64,000 bases of DNA from Botryllus schlosseri (GCA_051294905.1 CM119372.1:25856001-25920000), one strand, 5' to 3'; positions 36,812-50,029 are shown, counted from the stretch's first letter. Notes: generated from the sequence alone by a model not told the origin. A program made the numbers and translations.

Positions 36812-39267
36812 GTTGCAACACCTAAAACTACGTTCCAATATTGCCAATTCAAATAAAATTTAGGAACCATCAAGACCCGAATGGAACTATATAATTGTTT
36901 TGTAAATAGGCCAGCTAGCTTCAAATAAGTACACGTTGATGTTGATAGTAAATTCTACAGTATGCGTTGGCTTCAGTGCTATCATTTGTATTCTCAAATT
37001 TGTAAATGCGCTACGACGCGAAATACTAAAACTACTCGAATAGGACGTATATTGGCATCACATCAATCTCTAGCAACATACTCAGACTCTCAGAGGGTCA
37101 CGGCCTCACCGGGAGCACGGCTTGACTTCGCCGAGACGCTCAATGGCATGGCGTCACAATCGGTACCGTGCGTACCAAATGTTAATCGGCATTCAGCTCG
37201 GGCGCCCCTATTGTTCAGTAAAATGAAAATTTCCAACTTTGTGCGAGATTTTAGGGGGTTTCAGTGCCCGGACGAGATTTTAATTAGTATTTTAGGAATC
37301 AGTGAAAAAGTAGTTGGTACAGCTGGTCGCCAGCGCTGAGATTATACCCAGTAGGCCGTGTCATATAATCTCCTACATGTTACGGTATGTTATCATAATA
37401 TGATACGAAAATGACTCATATAATAAGCATAATTTTAGAAACTTACGTGGATAACTGCAGACGACCAAGCCATTGAGCAACCCATATAGTATGCAGTCCG
37501 GTACGGTGATTGTCCCTGATAACATGCTACATTATAATGTTATAAATAGCTGAAAATGCTTGTATTATTATTATTACAGCCACCGAAATAGACGTAATTT
37601 TCGAACTGTTTGCAGCAAGTCAAACAGCTCTCGGAGTCATAAACTACAGGGTATTCCTTCAAAATAGCATATTACTCGCTCAACTATGTACCGTACACCT
37701 AGTTTTTACCCACATCCGGTACGAGTCGCAATTCCAGCTTCCAGAATTTAACATACACAACTACAACCACATTCCGAAACAGTCATCCCGCGAACGAAGC
37801 GCGAAGCGCGGTTCAAATTTCCAGAATAATCTAGAAGTCACGCTCGGATAACCACGTACAGTTAAGTGCACCCATTCGACTTATTTAGTTATATTTACTC
37901 GGAATAAAACTGGAATTCATGCTCAGCTAGCGAAACAGATGAGACTCACGAGACAATGAATATAGGCTGTATATAATGATGACGGTAAATCAGAAAATAA
38001 GGTTTTCGACCAAGTAACACGAATTTATACTGATGGCAGCACTCTATCAAAACGCAACGGTATCTACAGGTTCCAAATAGCTTCCCACATCAGAATACTT
38101 ACCACCAAATTCGAATTCATACAGAATAATTTGATCCTCAAGATCATTTTTCCTACGTTTTTTAAACATACCTCTGAAACATAAAAATCGAAACCCTAAA
38201 ATAACCATTCGAAACCATCCCGAAAGGTTTTTTTACGGTTCTGTGTTTGCTGGGTATCGTTGGCTGATGAAAAAAATCTATCAGGCGTATGGGGTCAATC
38301 TTGATTCCATATGTTTATCGTATCATAAAAACCAATTCCGTGGATTAGGGTGTTGGCTACTGCTGTATAACTTGTCAAAGGGTTAATATCGGTAGCAAGT
38401 AGGGAAACCCGTTTTACACCCAGCTCAATATCAACTTAGCAATACTCGGGACGCCGAATACATTGTCCGGTCTGGCCTTGACCGTTAAGGCGTTTAAGCT
38501 TATATTCCCTTGCAAGTCCTCGTCGATATTGTTGGCAAAGCGACTGAAGATATTGATTTTCTGATTATACCAATTGATTGCCCCAGTTGATACATCTGTA
38601 GACGTTTAAAACATCGATAGGTATTTAAGCGTTGTGGCATTATGTGGCCCGAATCGTCGCTAGGTATTGCAAGGCTATCACTTCACTGAAATATATGGTC
38701 GGAATTAGCAATATGACGTCACGAGGTTCACGTTCGCGTTCACACAGAACCTTTCAAAAAGGTTCGCGTTCACACGAACCTGAACCTTTCAGAGGTTCAC
38801 ACCATCCCTAGCGAGCACCTATCGTCCCATAGCAATGCGTCGAGGGGAAAACGACATATTTTTGTGGGATTTACAGTGTTTACCGAACAAAATTTGAGTG
38901 AAATATCGGATCTGGGTTTATTTGGCGGCCACATTTGGGTTTTTCCGAAATATCCCAGTGGCATCCCTGGTGACAACTACGAAGCATTTTAGCAGTTATT
39001 GCTAACTGCGAGGTGCGACGGCCATTTGAGATAAACTGTCTTGCGTGATTTTAATCTCTGTTTCGAACGATCGTGGAATTTTCTGAGTAATGCGGCCGTG
39101 GCATTCGACACGGCGTTCTGGTTGCGAAGCGAGAAACGGTATTGCTTCTACTTGACTGGCACATTCTCCAAAATTTATTAGTAGAATATATTCGTTCTCA
39201 GTAATGATGAAACATGATCAAGGTAAAAATGGCACTTTTCGCATTCAGTGATAAGCAGGGTTGTAAC

Positions 39268-41244
39268 CAGGGCTTTGGAGCCGGAGCCGGAGCCCCGGAG
39301 CCGTGCATTTTTACCGGAGCTGGAGCCGGAGCCGGAGCTGGAGCCAGTTATTTGAGGGGTAGCTCCGGCTCAGACGTATTTCATAAGATGCTATTATATA
39401 TGCAACAACCATATCTGCTGAGTTCCCATAATTCAACAGCAGGCCTTCGCGAAATTAAGAATCTTTTCCTCTTTGGCGCTACCTTTTCCGACCAACCATG
39501 TTCATGGGGATTTAACAGCAGAGCAGTCATATGTTCAATGTTCAATTTTCATACGTGAGTGCCGAACCTCGGTATGCGAAATATGCCTGTGAATATTGAG
39601 TATGCAATTATGCATGCTAATTGGAATTCATTACTGCGCATCATCGTCATTCACTCCAGTAACGATTTTCGAGCGTAAATGGGGGATGGCAGAAGAGTAG
39701 CCCAAAACCCCATGGTATTTTATGTTGGAGACAAATTACTGATTTGATACGCGATTTCCAATTTGTAGTCATCTGTTTCGTTAATTCATTCTTGATACTC
39801 TAGTATTCCCGGATTTTCGCGCACTGTGACTTGTAAATGTGCAATGTGCATACTGCATAGTTTAATTCGTTATGGGCATGGCGCAATGTGCATGGCACAG
39901 TGTTTAATTCGATTATTCGATTTGTTTCAACCGGAAAATATTATATTCAGATAAACAGACTGGTAACGAGTGCACCAATATCGAACGTCAAACCATTGGC
40001 CATTTGGTACAAATCGAATTTCTATTGATCACGTCGTTATATCCACCCATATTGCTCTTACTACGGCGCAGTTACAGTTGAATAATAATCGCACATTTAA
40101 AAATTGAATTGAGCTGTATGGCTTAAAGTTAACGAGTACAGTGCCAGTGTTAAAACGCCCCATCAGAATTTTAATGCTGTACGCAGCAATGGCACGGAGT
40201 AAAGTGCGTTCTAGTGCAACTATGATGTTATCGACAATTGACAAGTCTTCATTATGTAGTCACAAGCCGGTACGGCGGCACCTATGTCTTCGTTGCTGCG
40301 TCCGATGTTACTGACGGCTGACAGACTCTAGATTACTATAGATAACTAACCTACGGGTAAATTAGTAATCTATATAGACCAGGGGTGGCCAACCTTTTCG
40401 GCTATAGGGCCACATGAAATTGACGAGAGAGTGCGCTGCCCACTTGCCGCGCCATGCGTGTAAAATTTTCAAAGTTAATATTATTATTACTTGGGTATAT
40501 TGCGGGTCGACTGTATACCGCCCGCTGGGCTCAGTTTGCAAGGGCAGGACTATTCTGCATCCTGACATATCGACATCGAAGATTTCCGCTAATATACGAC
40601 AATCATTTTGTGCCTACATTTCATCGCCGACGATCTTTCTGCGATCGCAAACGCGAAAATACTTTCTCTCGTAATTACGAATATAGTTAGACTCAGTCTG
40701 CTAAATCAGTCGTTTTATCATTTTCAGGTGGGGGTAGGCTACAAAGAAAGAAATCGTGTGACAATTAAACACGCGAAGCGTGAAGAAAAATTTTACTACT
40801 ATTTTAGTTTATTGTAATGTACGACGATTTACTAAAAATGTGACTGGACCCTGGATCTATGCCAATGCGTCGAAACTGATATTTTAGTCATCAACATCCC
40901 AAGTGTCGTGGTCAGACTAATCGTATTTTGGTTGGCGTGCACGTTCACAATCTGAGCAATTCAATTTCGATAATATAACAGGATTTCGATAATATAATGG
41001 GAAATTAGCTTACGGGCTATACTCAAAACCTTCTAGCGGGCCACATATGGCCCGCAGGCCGCGGGTTGCCCGCCCCTGATATAGACAGATACCTTCGATA
41101 GTTTTCAGAGCCGGAGCCGGAGCTGGAGCCGGAGCAGTGGTAATAATGTGGCTCCGGAGCTGGAGCCGGAGCTAATGTATGATAGAAGAAAGCTCCGGAG
41201 CCGGAGCTGGAGCAATGCAAATTTACGGCTGCTCCAAAGCCCTG
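39268..41244. mobile_element. hAT MITE with GGAGC(C/T) subterminal arrays
   Basis: TIR cagggctttggagc/gctccaaagccctg; perfect TSD GTTGTAAC. Confidence 0.9.
40380..41078. mobile_element. hAT MITE, CAGGGGTGGCCAACC family
   Basis: TIRs; perfect TSD ATATAGAC. Confidence 0.9.
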
Positions 41245-43554
41245 GTTGTAACCAAGTCACAAGGTTCCGAGTCACAAGTCAATTTCACTTTTATTGTTTT
41301 GACTCGAGTCATTTTCAATTCACCAGCGAATCAAGTCCGAGTCCAAGTCATCAAGCAGAGGGTCAAGTCCGAGTCCAAGTCATTATGTTGACTGCACAGT
41401 TTCCAGTTTAAGTCTTGTTAAACACACTTTATATAACTATGTTTGGTGATATCGAATGTTTCTCATTTATAATACACTAATTTTCCTCACTTTTAGCAGT
41501 TTCTGGTCGCAATTTCAAGTACCAGTACCAATCAGACGAAATTCCAGTACGGTGGTTACTTCACAATTCTTCAAAATTACAATGAAATGTCGGTCTTGGC
41601 CGTCTGAGTCTCGAGTCAATGACTTGGTTCGAGTCATGCGCAATGTCTCGAGTCCATGTCGAGTCAATACACAGATTAACTCGAATCGAGTCGAGTCATT
41701 TCCGTATTGTGAAAAAAATGACTCGAGTCAAGTCGAGTCGTCGTAAAATTGTGACTCGAGTCGAGTCATGACTCGGGTCATTACAGCCCTGGTGATAATC
41801 TGTGAACTGTTGCAATTCTCAGGCTTGCCTGAGCTACCGGTCCAGCTGACATACCCGCTTTTGATGGAGAAACATATAAATGAATCATCTCGGAAAACTG
41901 CCCAGGGATATGGTGATTTTATTCCAGGATTTATTCCGAATAGAAATTCCTTACCCGATAATCAATTTCTGGTTTGGTGGATTGCACCAAGACTTCGTAG
42001 TGTTTTACCAAACCATCTATAAATTTGTAGCTGATATAGTTGGTTTTGTTAAAGACGCTGCATTGAAGAACTGTGGTACATGCTTTAAGACTCAAGAATG
42101 TGATGTTGGCAACCAATATACTGCAGTTCATCAAAACCCTTGCTGATCATTTCATTTTGCAGTTTCACAACGCCATTTAGCCGTCCACTGTGTCACATAT
42201 GATATGACATTTTCAAATTTTGCCATGCATCATATTCCTTACAAGGACGGGCAACATACGGCCCGCGACGTTATTTTGAGCGGCCCGCAGACAGTTTCCG
42301 GTCATACATTATAATGTGGCTCGTGGACACAGCCTGCTTCAACCCCTCACTACTTGCTTATTACGTAAAATTTTATTGATTGTTAGACTAACAGTGTTAG
42401 TGTAGGTTATACTTTAGCGTGTGCGTGTGCATAGCGTGCGAGAGTTGATCTTACGCGTAAGGTCGTCAACACGAGAAATCTTGCATTACCGGCATTTACG
42501 CATAAACTCAACCCCACTGAATTTATATCTTGGTAAATTTGAACAAAATCCAAACCCCTCGTTCATAAATAAAAACAATACATATTTTACCAGAGGCGCG
42601 CAACATATACGGTCGGCGAAGGGATTTTGAGAGGCCTCCTACAGACAGTTTTTGACCTGTTCACAACTTTGATCGGCCACAGATGTCCCATTGCCTTCAA
42701 CAGCTATTGAAGTACATTCCGTAAATAGATTCATTCAATACGGTCTTCGTCTCTATGCTTCAAGGTTAAAGTTGACATTAATTAATCCCACAAGTGGATA
42801 AATACGGATCTGATGTATCGATTTAGGGATCCAGCCCGCCAAGTAACCTACTTCATTTCCCCATATCCGACCCGCCGACTGCAGAAGTTGCCCGCCCATG
42901 CTTTAATAGGTTTTCTAGACTACTGAAAGTATCTGGAGCTGGTCCATTTTCGCCTTTCGGAACACCGGGTTTGATTTACGTCAGGCAAATTCAAATTAGA
43001 CGATAGTCTGCTTCTGTGGTCGGCTATTACAGACACGAACAATTCGTTGGCCTACGCGACGTTCTCTTCAACAACCATAGTGCTGACAATCGTGATCATC
43101 TCATTTCACATGGTATGTATGTATGTATAGGGAGGGGGTGCTTCTCGGCAAACTGAGGCCTTTTGCGCCATGCTTGTTCAATAATACAATTACAAGTCCC
43201 TAGTGGACAATATAACAAAGTCTAACAGTGATTGTACCGTGTAAGGACATTTCAATAGCGAACTGAGCGAAAGTGGAATATTGTGTCTATGAGCGGATCC
43301 GGCTCGCGACGGGATTTTGTCCGGCCCGCGGACAGTTTCCCGTCTTACATGATAGCGGCCCCAGTCTGCCGAGATCCCCCACTACTTGCTAACTACGTCA
43401 AATTTTAGTGAATGTCTGTTATTATATACGTGAGTGCGCACTGCGCAGCGTACGAGACTGGAGATTACGCGTGAGATTACGCGTAAGTTCGTCGAAGCGA
43501 GAAGACATGCATTACAGGCATTTACGATGTGAGCTACCCAACCCTAATGTTGTT

Positions 43555-43822
43555 TATGGTAGGCTAATCATGGTGTTTGACGACTACAATGGTCTATTAC
43601 ACCAGGCCGATATTTTTTATTTTCGATTCTGAAACCGCCGAATTGTACCACGGCACACTTCTAGGCTTTTGTAAGACACTGCTTATGCGAATAAGAGAGC
43701 GAGGAGGAGCCTAGAGAAACCTCCAACTCTTTAGGTAGGAATTCTGGAGTCGACCTCGCTCAGACTCGAACCCATAACCCATTGGTGTCGTAGCTGTGGA
43801 ATATACCACGACGCTATCTCGC
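43555..43822 (-). mobile_element. Second tRNA-derived SINE family
   Basis: Minus strand A box TAGCGTCGTGG and B box GGTTCGAGTCT (43772-43762). Body recurs at about 47680-47810 (-) and 61190-61300 (+). Confidence 0.65.
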
Positions 43823-43911
43823 CACCTACTCAACCCTAATGAATTGATATCTTGGTAAATTTGGGGTACCGGGCTCATCGAACGCCTCAAAATCCTAATT
43901 AAGGATTGCAA

Positions 43912-44572
43912 CACAGTGTCCTATATGGTGTGGACACAAGTAAATCTCACGGCTCAGCGAAATTGGTCTACGTCACACTTTTCATTTGGTCAGTGGCTAT
44001 TTGACGGTACATTTTGACCGGCTTGCCGAGCATTAAATTTGATAAAGTAAATATCAATCTAAAGTTACCGTGGTACTGAGTTCAAAAATATAAATTTTAT
44101 TCTGCTCGTGGCCCTGGACCCCTCAAAATCAGCCTCGAATATGGCATTGTAACGGAGTTTGGCATTGTGACGGAATCACATGCCGCCTGAGCAGCTCAGG
44201 AGCAAGTGCGCACGAGATTGAGAGTATGAATGCTCAATCAGTTGCGCAACAATGGCCAATACGCTTACGGTTTACGCTGCTTCTCACCTGCTCCAAGACG
44301 GCATGGTTGCGTCACAATACCAAACTCCGTTACAATGAAACATTCGAGGCTGGTTTGGGGGGTTCCAGGACCACGAGCAGAATAAAATTTATATTCTCGC
44401 AATCAGTACCACGGTATAGCTTTCGATTTATACCAATTTTATCAAATTTAATGCTCGGCAAGCCGGTCAAAAATTACCCTCAAATTGCCTTTGACCAACT
44501 GGAAAGTGTGACGTAGACCAATTTCACAGAGCCGTCAGATTTGCTTGTGTCCACACCATATAGGATACTATG
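43912..44572. mobile_element. Palindromic MITE, ~280-bp arms, CA..TG termini (P/Galileo-like?)
   Basis: 43912-44195 mirrors about 44288-44572; flanks attgcaa/attgcac. Confidence 0.75.
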
Positions 44573-44799
44573 ATTGCACGGTGTGTTGGTTGATCAGAGA
44601 GAAGCTGTTCTCAAATCCACATTGGCGAATAACGGATTTGAAGTGACATTGCTATCGTTGAAATACATTCATTAAATACGACTTATTCATTGTACATGTG
44701 GATGAAGGGGCGAATAATGTATCGATTCGGCAATCCGGCGCGCCAAGCTCTTAATTTTCCTATATCCAGCCCGCCGACTGGAGAAGTTGCCCGCCCCTG

Positions 44800-46320
44800 A
44801 ATTAGATGAACCCTGGATCGATCGTAGCGATTGCATGAAGTAACAAAATGCTCAAGCGTCTCTGGTTGATTACATGTGTCGCACAGTCCCGTTTCATGAA
44901 GTCCAAGTCCATACAGATGAGCGTTTAGTCTACAATGCCCCGTTTGCATCCTAATGAGAATGGACGATTCTCTATACGGGAGAGCCGCGGCATGATCGTA
45001 TGATCATCGATGCTTGGAAAAATTCGTCGATATTGCGAGTCAATGTCGATTTAAGTCCAGTGATCATCCCATTTAGTTTTGCGAAATTCGTGGATCAGGG
45101 TTCTTGCTTCGTTTGTAGATATGTCCTGCTTTTCCATGTTGTTTGATAGATCGTTCGCTGCGTCTCGCGCTAGTTGATCAGCTCTCTCGTTGAAACCAAC
45201 ATTCATGTGTCCAGGTATCCATACCATCGAAACTGCTTTCTTATCGAAGACCAAGGCGTTGTTGCGTTCTTGTATATCTATGACGATGCTCTTCGTTGCC
45301 TTGGTCGTGTTAATTGCTGTCAGAGCGCTTTTTCTGTCTGAAAAATCGTGATGTTAGAATTTGGCAAGCATTTTACCGTAACCCAGTCCAACGCTGCTCT
45401 TATTGCATTAAGCTCTGCTGAAAATATCGACAATGCGCCCATTACTTTCTGGTTCCAGGAGTGATCTTCCTCGTCCACGTAGAAGGCAGCACCACATTGG
45501 TTATCGTTCTTTGACCCGTCTGTATAGATTTTTATGGAGTCAGCGTAATAATCGTCAATATACTGCTCGCACTTCCGTTTGACGAATGCGGGATATATTA
45601 AGTTCCTAATCAATGATTTGATTTTCTAGTCAATCGAGTACCTCATTGCTTTCCATGGTGGCGTTGGCAGGAGATTTCGTTTCGATATACCGAAATTCTG
45701 AAATATAGGAGCATGTTTCGTCAGCATGTTAAATGTAATAAATTTTTCCGAGTCAGGAAAGATTTCATGCCATGATTTCTCTGTAATTGATTGACGGTGA
45801 TGGGAATCGTGAGCTAAAATGACCGACCTATATGTTAAGTATGCCTGGAGATGTCTAAACTGCATGGGCATTTCTCTGCACGAATGTTGAAGTGCGTATA
45901 TCGGGATACTCTTCATTGCTCCGCAACATATTCGGAACGCGGTATTCTGGATAGTGGCCGCTGCTCTGGAATGATGAGCGTAGTTCAGTCGAGAGTCAAA
46001 AGTTACTCCTAGGTATTTGTACTGCTTGATAGTGACCACTGCTCTGGAATGATGAGCGTAGTTCAGTCGAGAGTCAAAAGTTACTCCTAGGTATTTGTAC
46101 TGCTTGACAAGTCTAATATCGGAATTGTTGAGCGGTAATTGGAAGGAAGGAATTTTCCTTTTCCTCGAAAAAATCAATGCCTCGGTCTTTTTAGTATTTA
46201 GACGGAGTCCCCATTTCTTGCACCATGATTCTATTACGATTAATGACTCTTGGATCGAGGTTCTTATTGTATCAAGAATGAGGTCAGACTCCCAGATCCA
46301 GAAATCATCTGCAAATACGT
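44800..46320 (-). pseudogene. Non-LTR retrotransposon remnant with RT C-terminus, RNase H and CCHC finger (I/Nimb-like group)
   Basis: KYLGVTFDSRL, IQNTAFRICCGA, IYTDGSK, SIFSAELNAI, WIPGHMNVGFNERADQLAR, TGHCRLNAHL..CDTCNQPETLEHFVTSC. Confidence 0.9.
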
Positions 46321-48549
46321 TTATGTTATTATATTACTCTTTCTTCCTGCAGTAAAATCTGGCAAACAAATGAATGTTAGTTTTTGCTTTCAATACAGTC
46401 GAGTGTCCTAGCCAGCCCTAACCCCTGTGTTACTCGTAATGGTGCAACGGTATGTATGCCTGTGCATTGTACGACGCAACAATGACATTGAAAATGGAAT
46501 TTTCAAAATCAGTAATGTCGCCGTGGCAAATATTGTTCAACGCAACTAAAGTCATTCCAAGTTCAAGAACACATACTTGATTATTATATACTCACAGTGG
46601 TCTTAAAACCGGTCGTATAATCTTTTATAATACTCACTGCAATATGCATTACGACGTGAGCAATTGGAATTTTCAGATTAAAATTTCGCAATTGGTTAAT
46701 TGGAAGAGCTTCTTGGAGGTACAGAACTTCAATAATTCCGCTATATTGCTATGACGCCACATATGATGCCAGATGGATTGCAAAATGGTAATGCCTGGTA
46801 ACTTTCTGACGAGAAGCATCACGTTCGGGTTTTATCGAGTGCATTTTGGAATGCATGATGACATCATCAATTTATCAATTTATCAACCACCAAAACCAGG
46901 GCTATAATTGTGAAACAATGTCACTGACGAAAAACTAAGCCCATCTCCATCATAGTTTGGTGGTTGGCACGCCGTCAATCAAATGTACTGGGTGCATCGA
47001 GTTTGTGCTTCAAGTGGGATGCCATTGGATAGTGCAAGGGGTCAACATGACACACATTTAGTCGACTTTAAGTAGGCGGCTATGGTTGGCCGCTTCATAT
47101 CTGCTTCTAAAACAATCATTCATTGCTGTGGCGTCTTTGCGATCCACGTGACATGCGTATAATGTGTTTCGCCATTCACAAGTACAATTCACAGCGCATG
47201 GGTAGGGTATACAGAATACAGATATATCCCTATCTTCTCTTTTCTGCTAATGACCGATCGACTTGGATACTTCACTAGGGAACGAAAACGCGTGTAATCT
47301 AACGGTTACCGTGGATTGCAATGCGCGAGGCATGATGCTTCCAACAATCATATATAAATTGATCCGATGGAATTTAATTAAATTTCCAGTTTGAACTTAT
47401 CCTGCCCATCATGACAAAACCGTGAATAGGGGTTCATATCAACTATATCCTCTTTTCTGACGAAGAAAACGAATTTTTATAAATCTATTGTTGCGAAAGT
47501 TGATTTCCGGACAACCAATGTAAGATGTTTGTCGTTGAACTGTTCTTACACTTCATCGAGAAAAGCAAGTAAACGATTTGACGAACACATCCCTCGAAAA
47601 CTATGGGAATCGCTACGCGCTACTGTACAACTCGTCACTGTAAATTATATTGTCTCTTGTTGCTTGTATGTTTGTGGTATTCACGGTGTTTGTCGGCTAC
47701 TATGGTCTTTTACACCAGGCTAATTTTCTTCATTTTTTCCCGTAGCTGCTGACTTGTAGCACGGCTCACTTCTAGGTTTTTATAAGACACCGCTTACACG
47801 GCTGACACTTTGATAAACCGACATGGCATCTCAATATAGCACATAAAAGTGTGGAAGAATCGATCGATTTCTTTCAATATCTAAAAAGGGGAACTGAACA
47901 GGAAGGCAATTGTTGCTATATGTAGACAACATAGAGGTCATTGGATATAAAATACTGCAATCCATTTGCTGAGTTGGTGATACTCAAAACCGATCAAGGA
48001 CAACATTGGACGCAGTAATAGTATTCGGTGTATTAGTCTGGTTCAAACCGAACAGCTGTGGATTCACGATGGGTCGGATTTAATCATTATATACTCGGCT
48101 CACAGTTTTCAGCTGTCTATAGCAAACGGATGCAGATACGTGATTTAATCTTAGACGCATTTTCATCATCGAGTGCTGAACTAATATAACTGATATATGG
48201 TATGGGTTTTCCATTTCTAAAATTGATTTGTCTTAATTTCGGCTACGAAGCGAAATGGTCACTGCAAGCAGATGGGTAATTGGAAAGATCGGTGACGCCA
48301 GGCGGATGGAATTTTCAGATATTTGTCAACATTTTGCATACGGTGCATATGCGGACTGCAGTTGCAGCGTCGCAAAATGCGGTTGCCATCAAAAGTGTTT
48401 GCTTAAAGTCGTCATAGGGAGATATAGTTGGTTGCAGAGAACCTTTTCCAGGAGTACAATGCCGGATTCGATGTGCTTATGATCAATCTAGGCTACGTTT
48501 GCCGCGCTAACATGGATTATTCATACAAAGCCTCATAGTTTGACAATGT

Positions 48550-49290
48550 CGATGATGCCGAGTAAATGATATTTCGTAGTATGGACAAGTATCGGAATGT
48601 TTTTAAATCGTATTATTTTTAGTGTTTGCGTAAACCATGGCCACCCATCCTTCAATAATATAATGTATAAAATGTCATTATTTGACTCATTAATATGCAT
48701 GTGTTTCTGCGCGAGATATAGAATGCTCGGAAGCTACACTATACCTGTATTAAGTAAATATTTTTACGTGAAAAAATTACTACAGGCGTGTCTATGTATA
48801 GCAGACTAAGCTGCATGAAGCATCGAATGCTTGAGTCTCTTGCATTATCTTCCATTTTATCCATAAACTGGATATCTGGCGTTATAAACGGATTTGCAAA
48901 ATCAAGCAGAATGCAAATTGTCGCCTTGGTGAGATCGCAGGTGTATAAGAAAGACGCTGATGTCATAATGTCTTAAATGCCACCTTCCATTTCGATATCA
49001 CCGAAGAAACGTCACCAAGAAAATAGTTTGTCAACTTCGGAGGTTCCTCGCTCATGTGGTCACCCATAACGATACTGCTTCGCAGAATTCGGGGTGCATA
49101 TTTGCGGTAACAATTTCTCAATTAACCAATGACCTACTTGGTTAGTTACTGGACCAGGGTCATCTTATAAGAATATACATAAACAGCGACACATGGAACC
49201 GGATTATTAAGCGACCGTCAATAATTTCTGATTTTGTCGTGAATCACAAATTTCACCAGATACCACTGGACCACCCAGGCTTATATCGAT
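48550..49290 (-). pseudogene. Possible highly decayed reverse transcriptase relic
   Basis: Weak ordered motif echoes only (ICILLDFANPF resembles LDFxKAFD; VYANTK resembles YADDTK). Confidence 0.3.
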
Positions 49291-49342
49291 TATAATATAC
49301 ATATCGTTGCCAATTCCGTGTCCGCCGCACTATAACATGGAT

Positions 49343-50010
49343 CAGTGGTCGCTAACTCAAAATGGGTCGCGGGCCACTTTTCAAATCTTGTAGAGGCCGC
49401 GGGCCGCATAAATTCAATATCGGGAAAAAATTTGCCACCCAGTTTAACAAACACTATTTTAAACTTTACATCGGTACAACGCCGTGGTCTCCAACATATG
49501 CGACGGGCATAGTTACCAAAAAAGAAATAATATTTTATAAAGAAATACAAATACAATTCTATATCATAACTATCATTCTATTGTAAAGTTTTAACTGATA
49601 CCTGATAACACTTCAGCGACCAAAGAATCGATATTGGGGCCAGCCAGACACGGTACTTGCTGGAAAACTATCTCATCGTAAAGCTTGATCTCGTAGGGAA
49701 GCCCAAGGTCGTATTTTAAGCGTCCCGGTCTTGACAGAATCTGGGACATTGCACGTCAAGTTAATGTGCCCATTGATATCAGCTAATTATTCATTCATGG
49801 AATGCTATTAACTTCGCCGAATCAGTATCAGCTAGTGAGGAATGGTGATATAGGGTACAGGAGAATAGGTTAATTTGAACAACAACAATATATTTAAATT
49901 ACAGTCAATTTCAGATTGTAAAATTGTTTTACAATGCGTTTTTTGTAAATCTCAAATCTTGTCGCGGGCCGTAACAAATGACCTCGTGGGCCGCGTGTTG
50001 GTGACCCCTG
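49343..50010. mobile_element. hAT MITE
   Basis: cagtggtcgctaac/gttggtgacccctg TIRs with GCGGGCC subterminal motifs; TSD unclear. Confidence 0.65.
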
Positions 50011-50029
50011 GCATATGGTGTATATAGAC

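Larger units (their letters stand above)
31102..38254. mobile_element. CMC/EnSpm-like element (CCC..GGG termini, TA duplication), nesting level 4
   Basis: 12-bp TIR cccagcaaacac/gtgtttgctggg. Removing it restores the family A sequence gaaattgatatc seen uninterrupted at about 23757-23768. Confidence 0.75.
30738..38810 (-). mobile_element. hAT MITE family A, full length, nesting level 3
   Basis: Both TIRs; perfect TSD GCGAGCAC; halves 30738-31101 and 38255-38810. Confidence 0.9.
30133..38969. mobile_element. 8-bp-TSD TIR element (CAGGGATGCCACT termini), nesting level 2
   Basis: cagacatgccact/agtggcatccctg; TSD gtgagaac/gtgacaac; CTGGGT subterminal repeats. Confidence 0.75.
39256..41791. mobile_element. 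hAT MITE (CAGGGTTGTAA termini, GAGTC repeats) with nested insertions
   Basis: cagggttgtaa/ttacagccctg; TSD gtgataag/gtgataat. Confidence 0.8.
29790..41960 (+). mobile_element. Decayed Buster-type hAT element fragmented by nested insertions (pieces ~29790-30132, 38970-39255, 41792-~41960)
   Basis: The pieces are colinear with the reverse complement of 50686-52022. Transposase relics EVR..NCL..SLFRTIVEF and HLGKLPRDMVILFQDLFRIEIP. Confidence 0.75.

Noticed and set aside
39214..39558. Gly-Ala repeat protein ORF
   Set aside because: Translation of the GGAGCC subterminal array of a MITE.
43912..43950. RAG recombination signal / ProtoRAG end
   Set aside because: Heptamer only; no nonamer-like sequence at 12- or 23-bp spacing and no RAG-like ORF.
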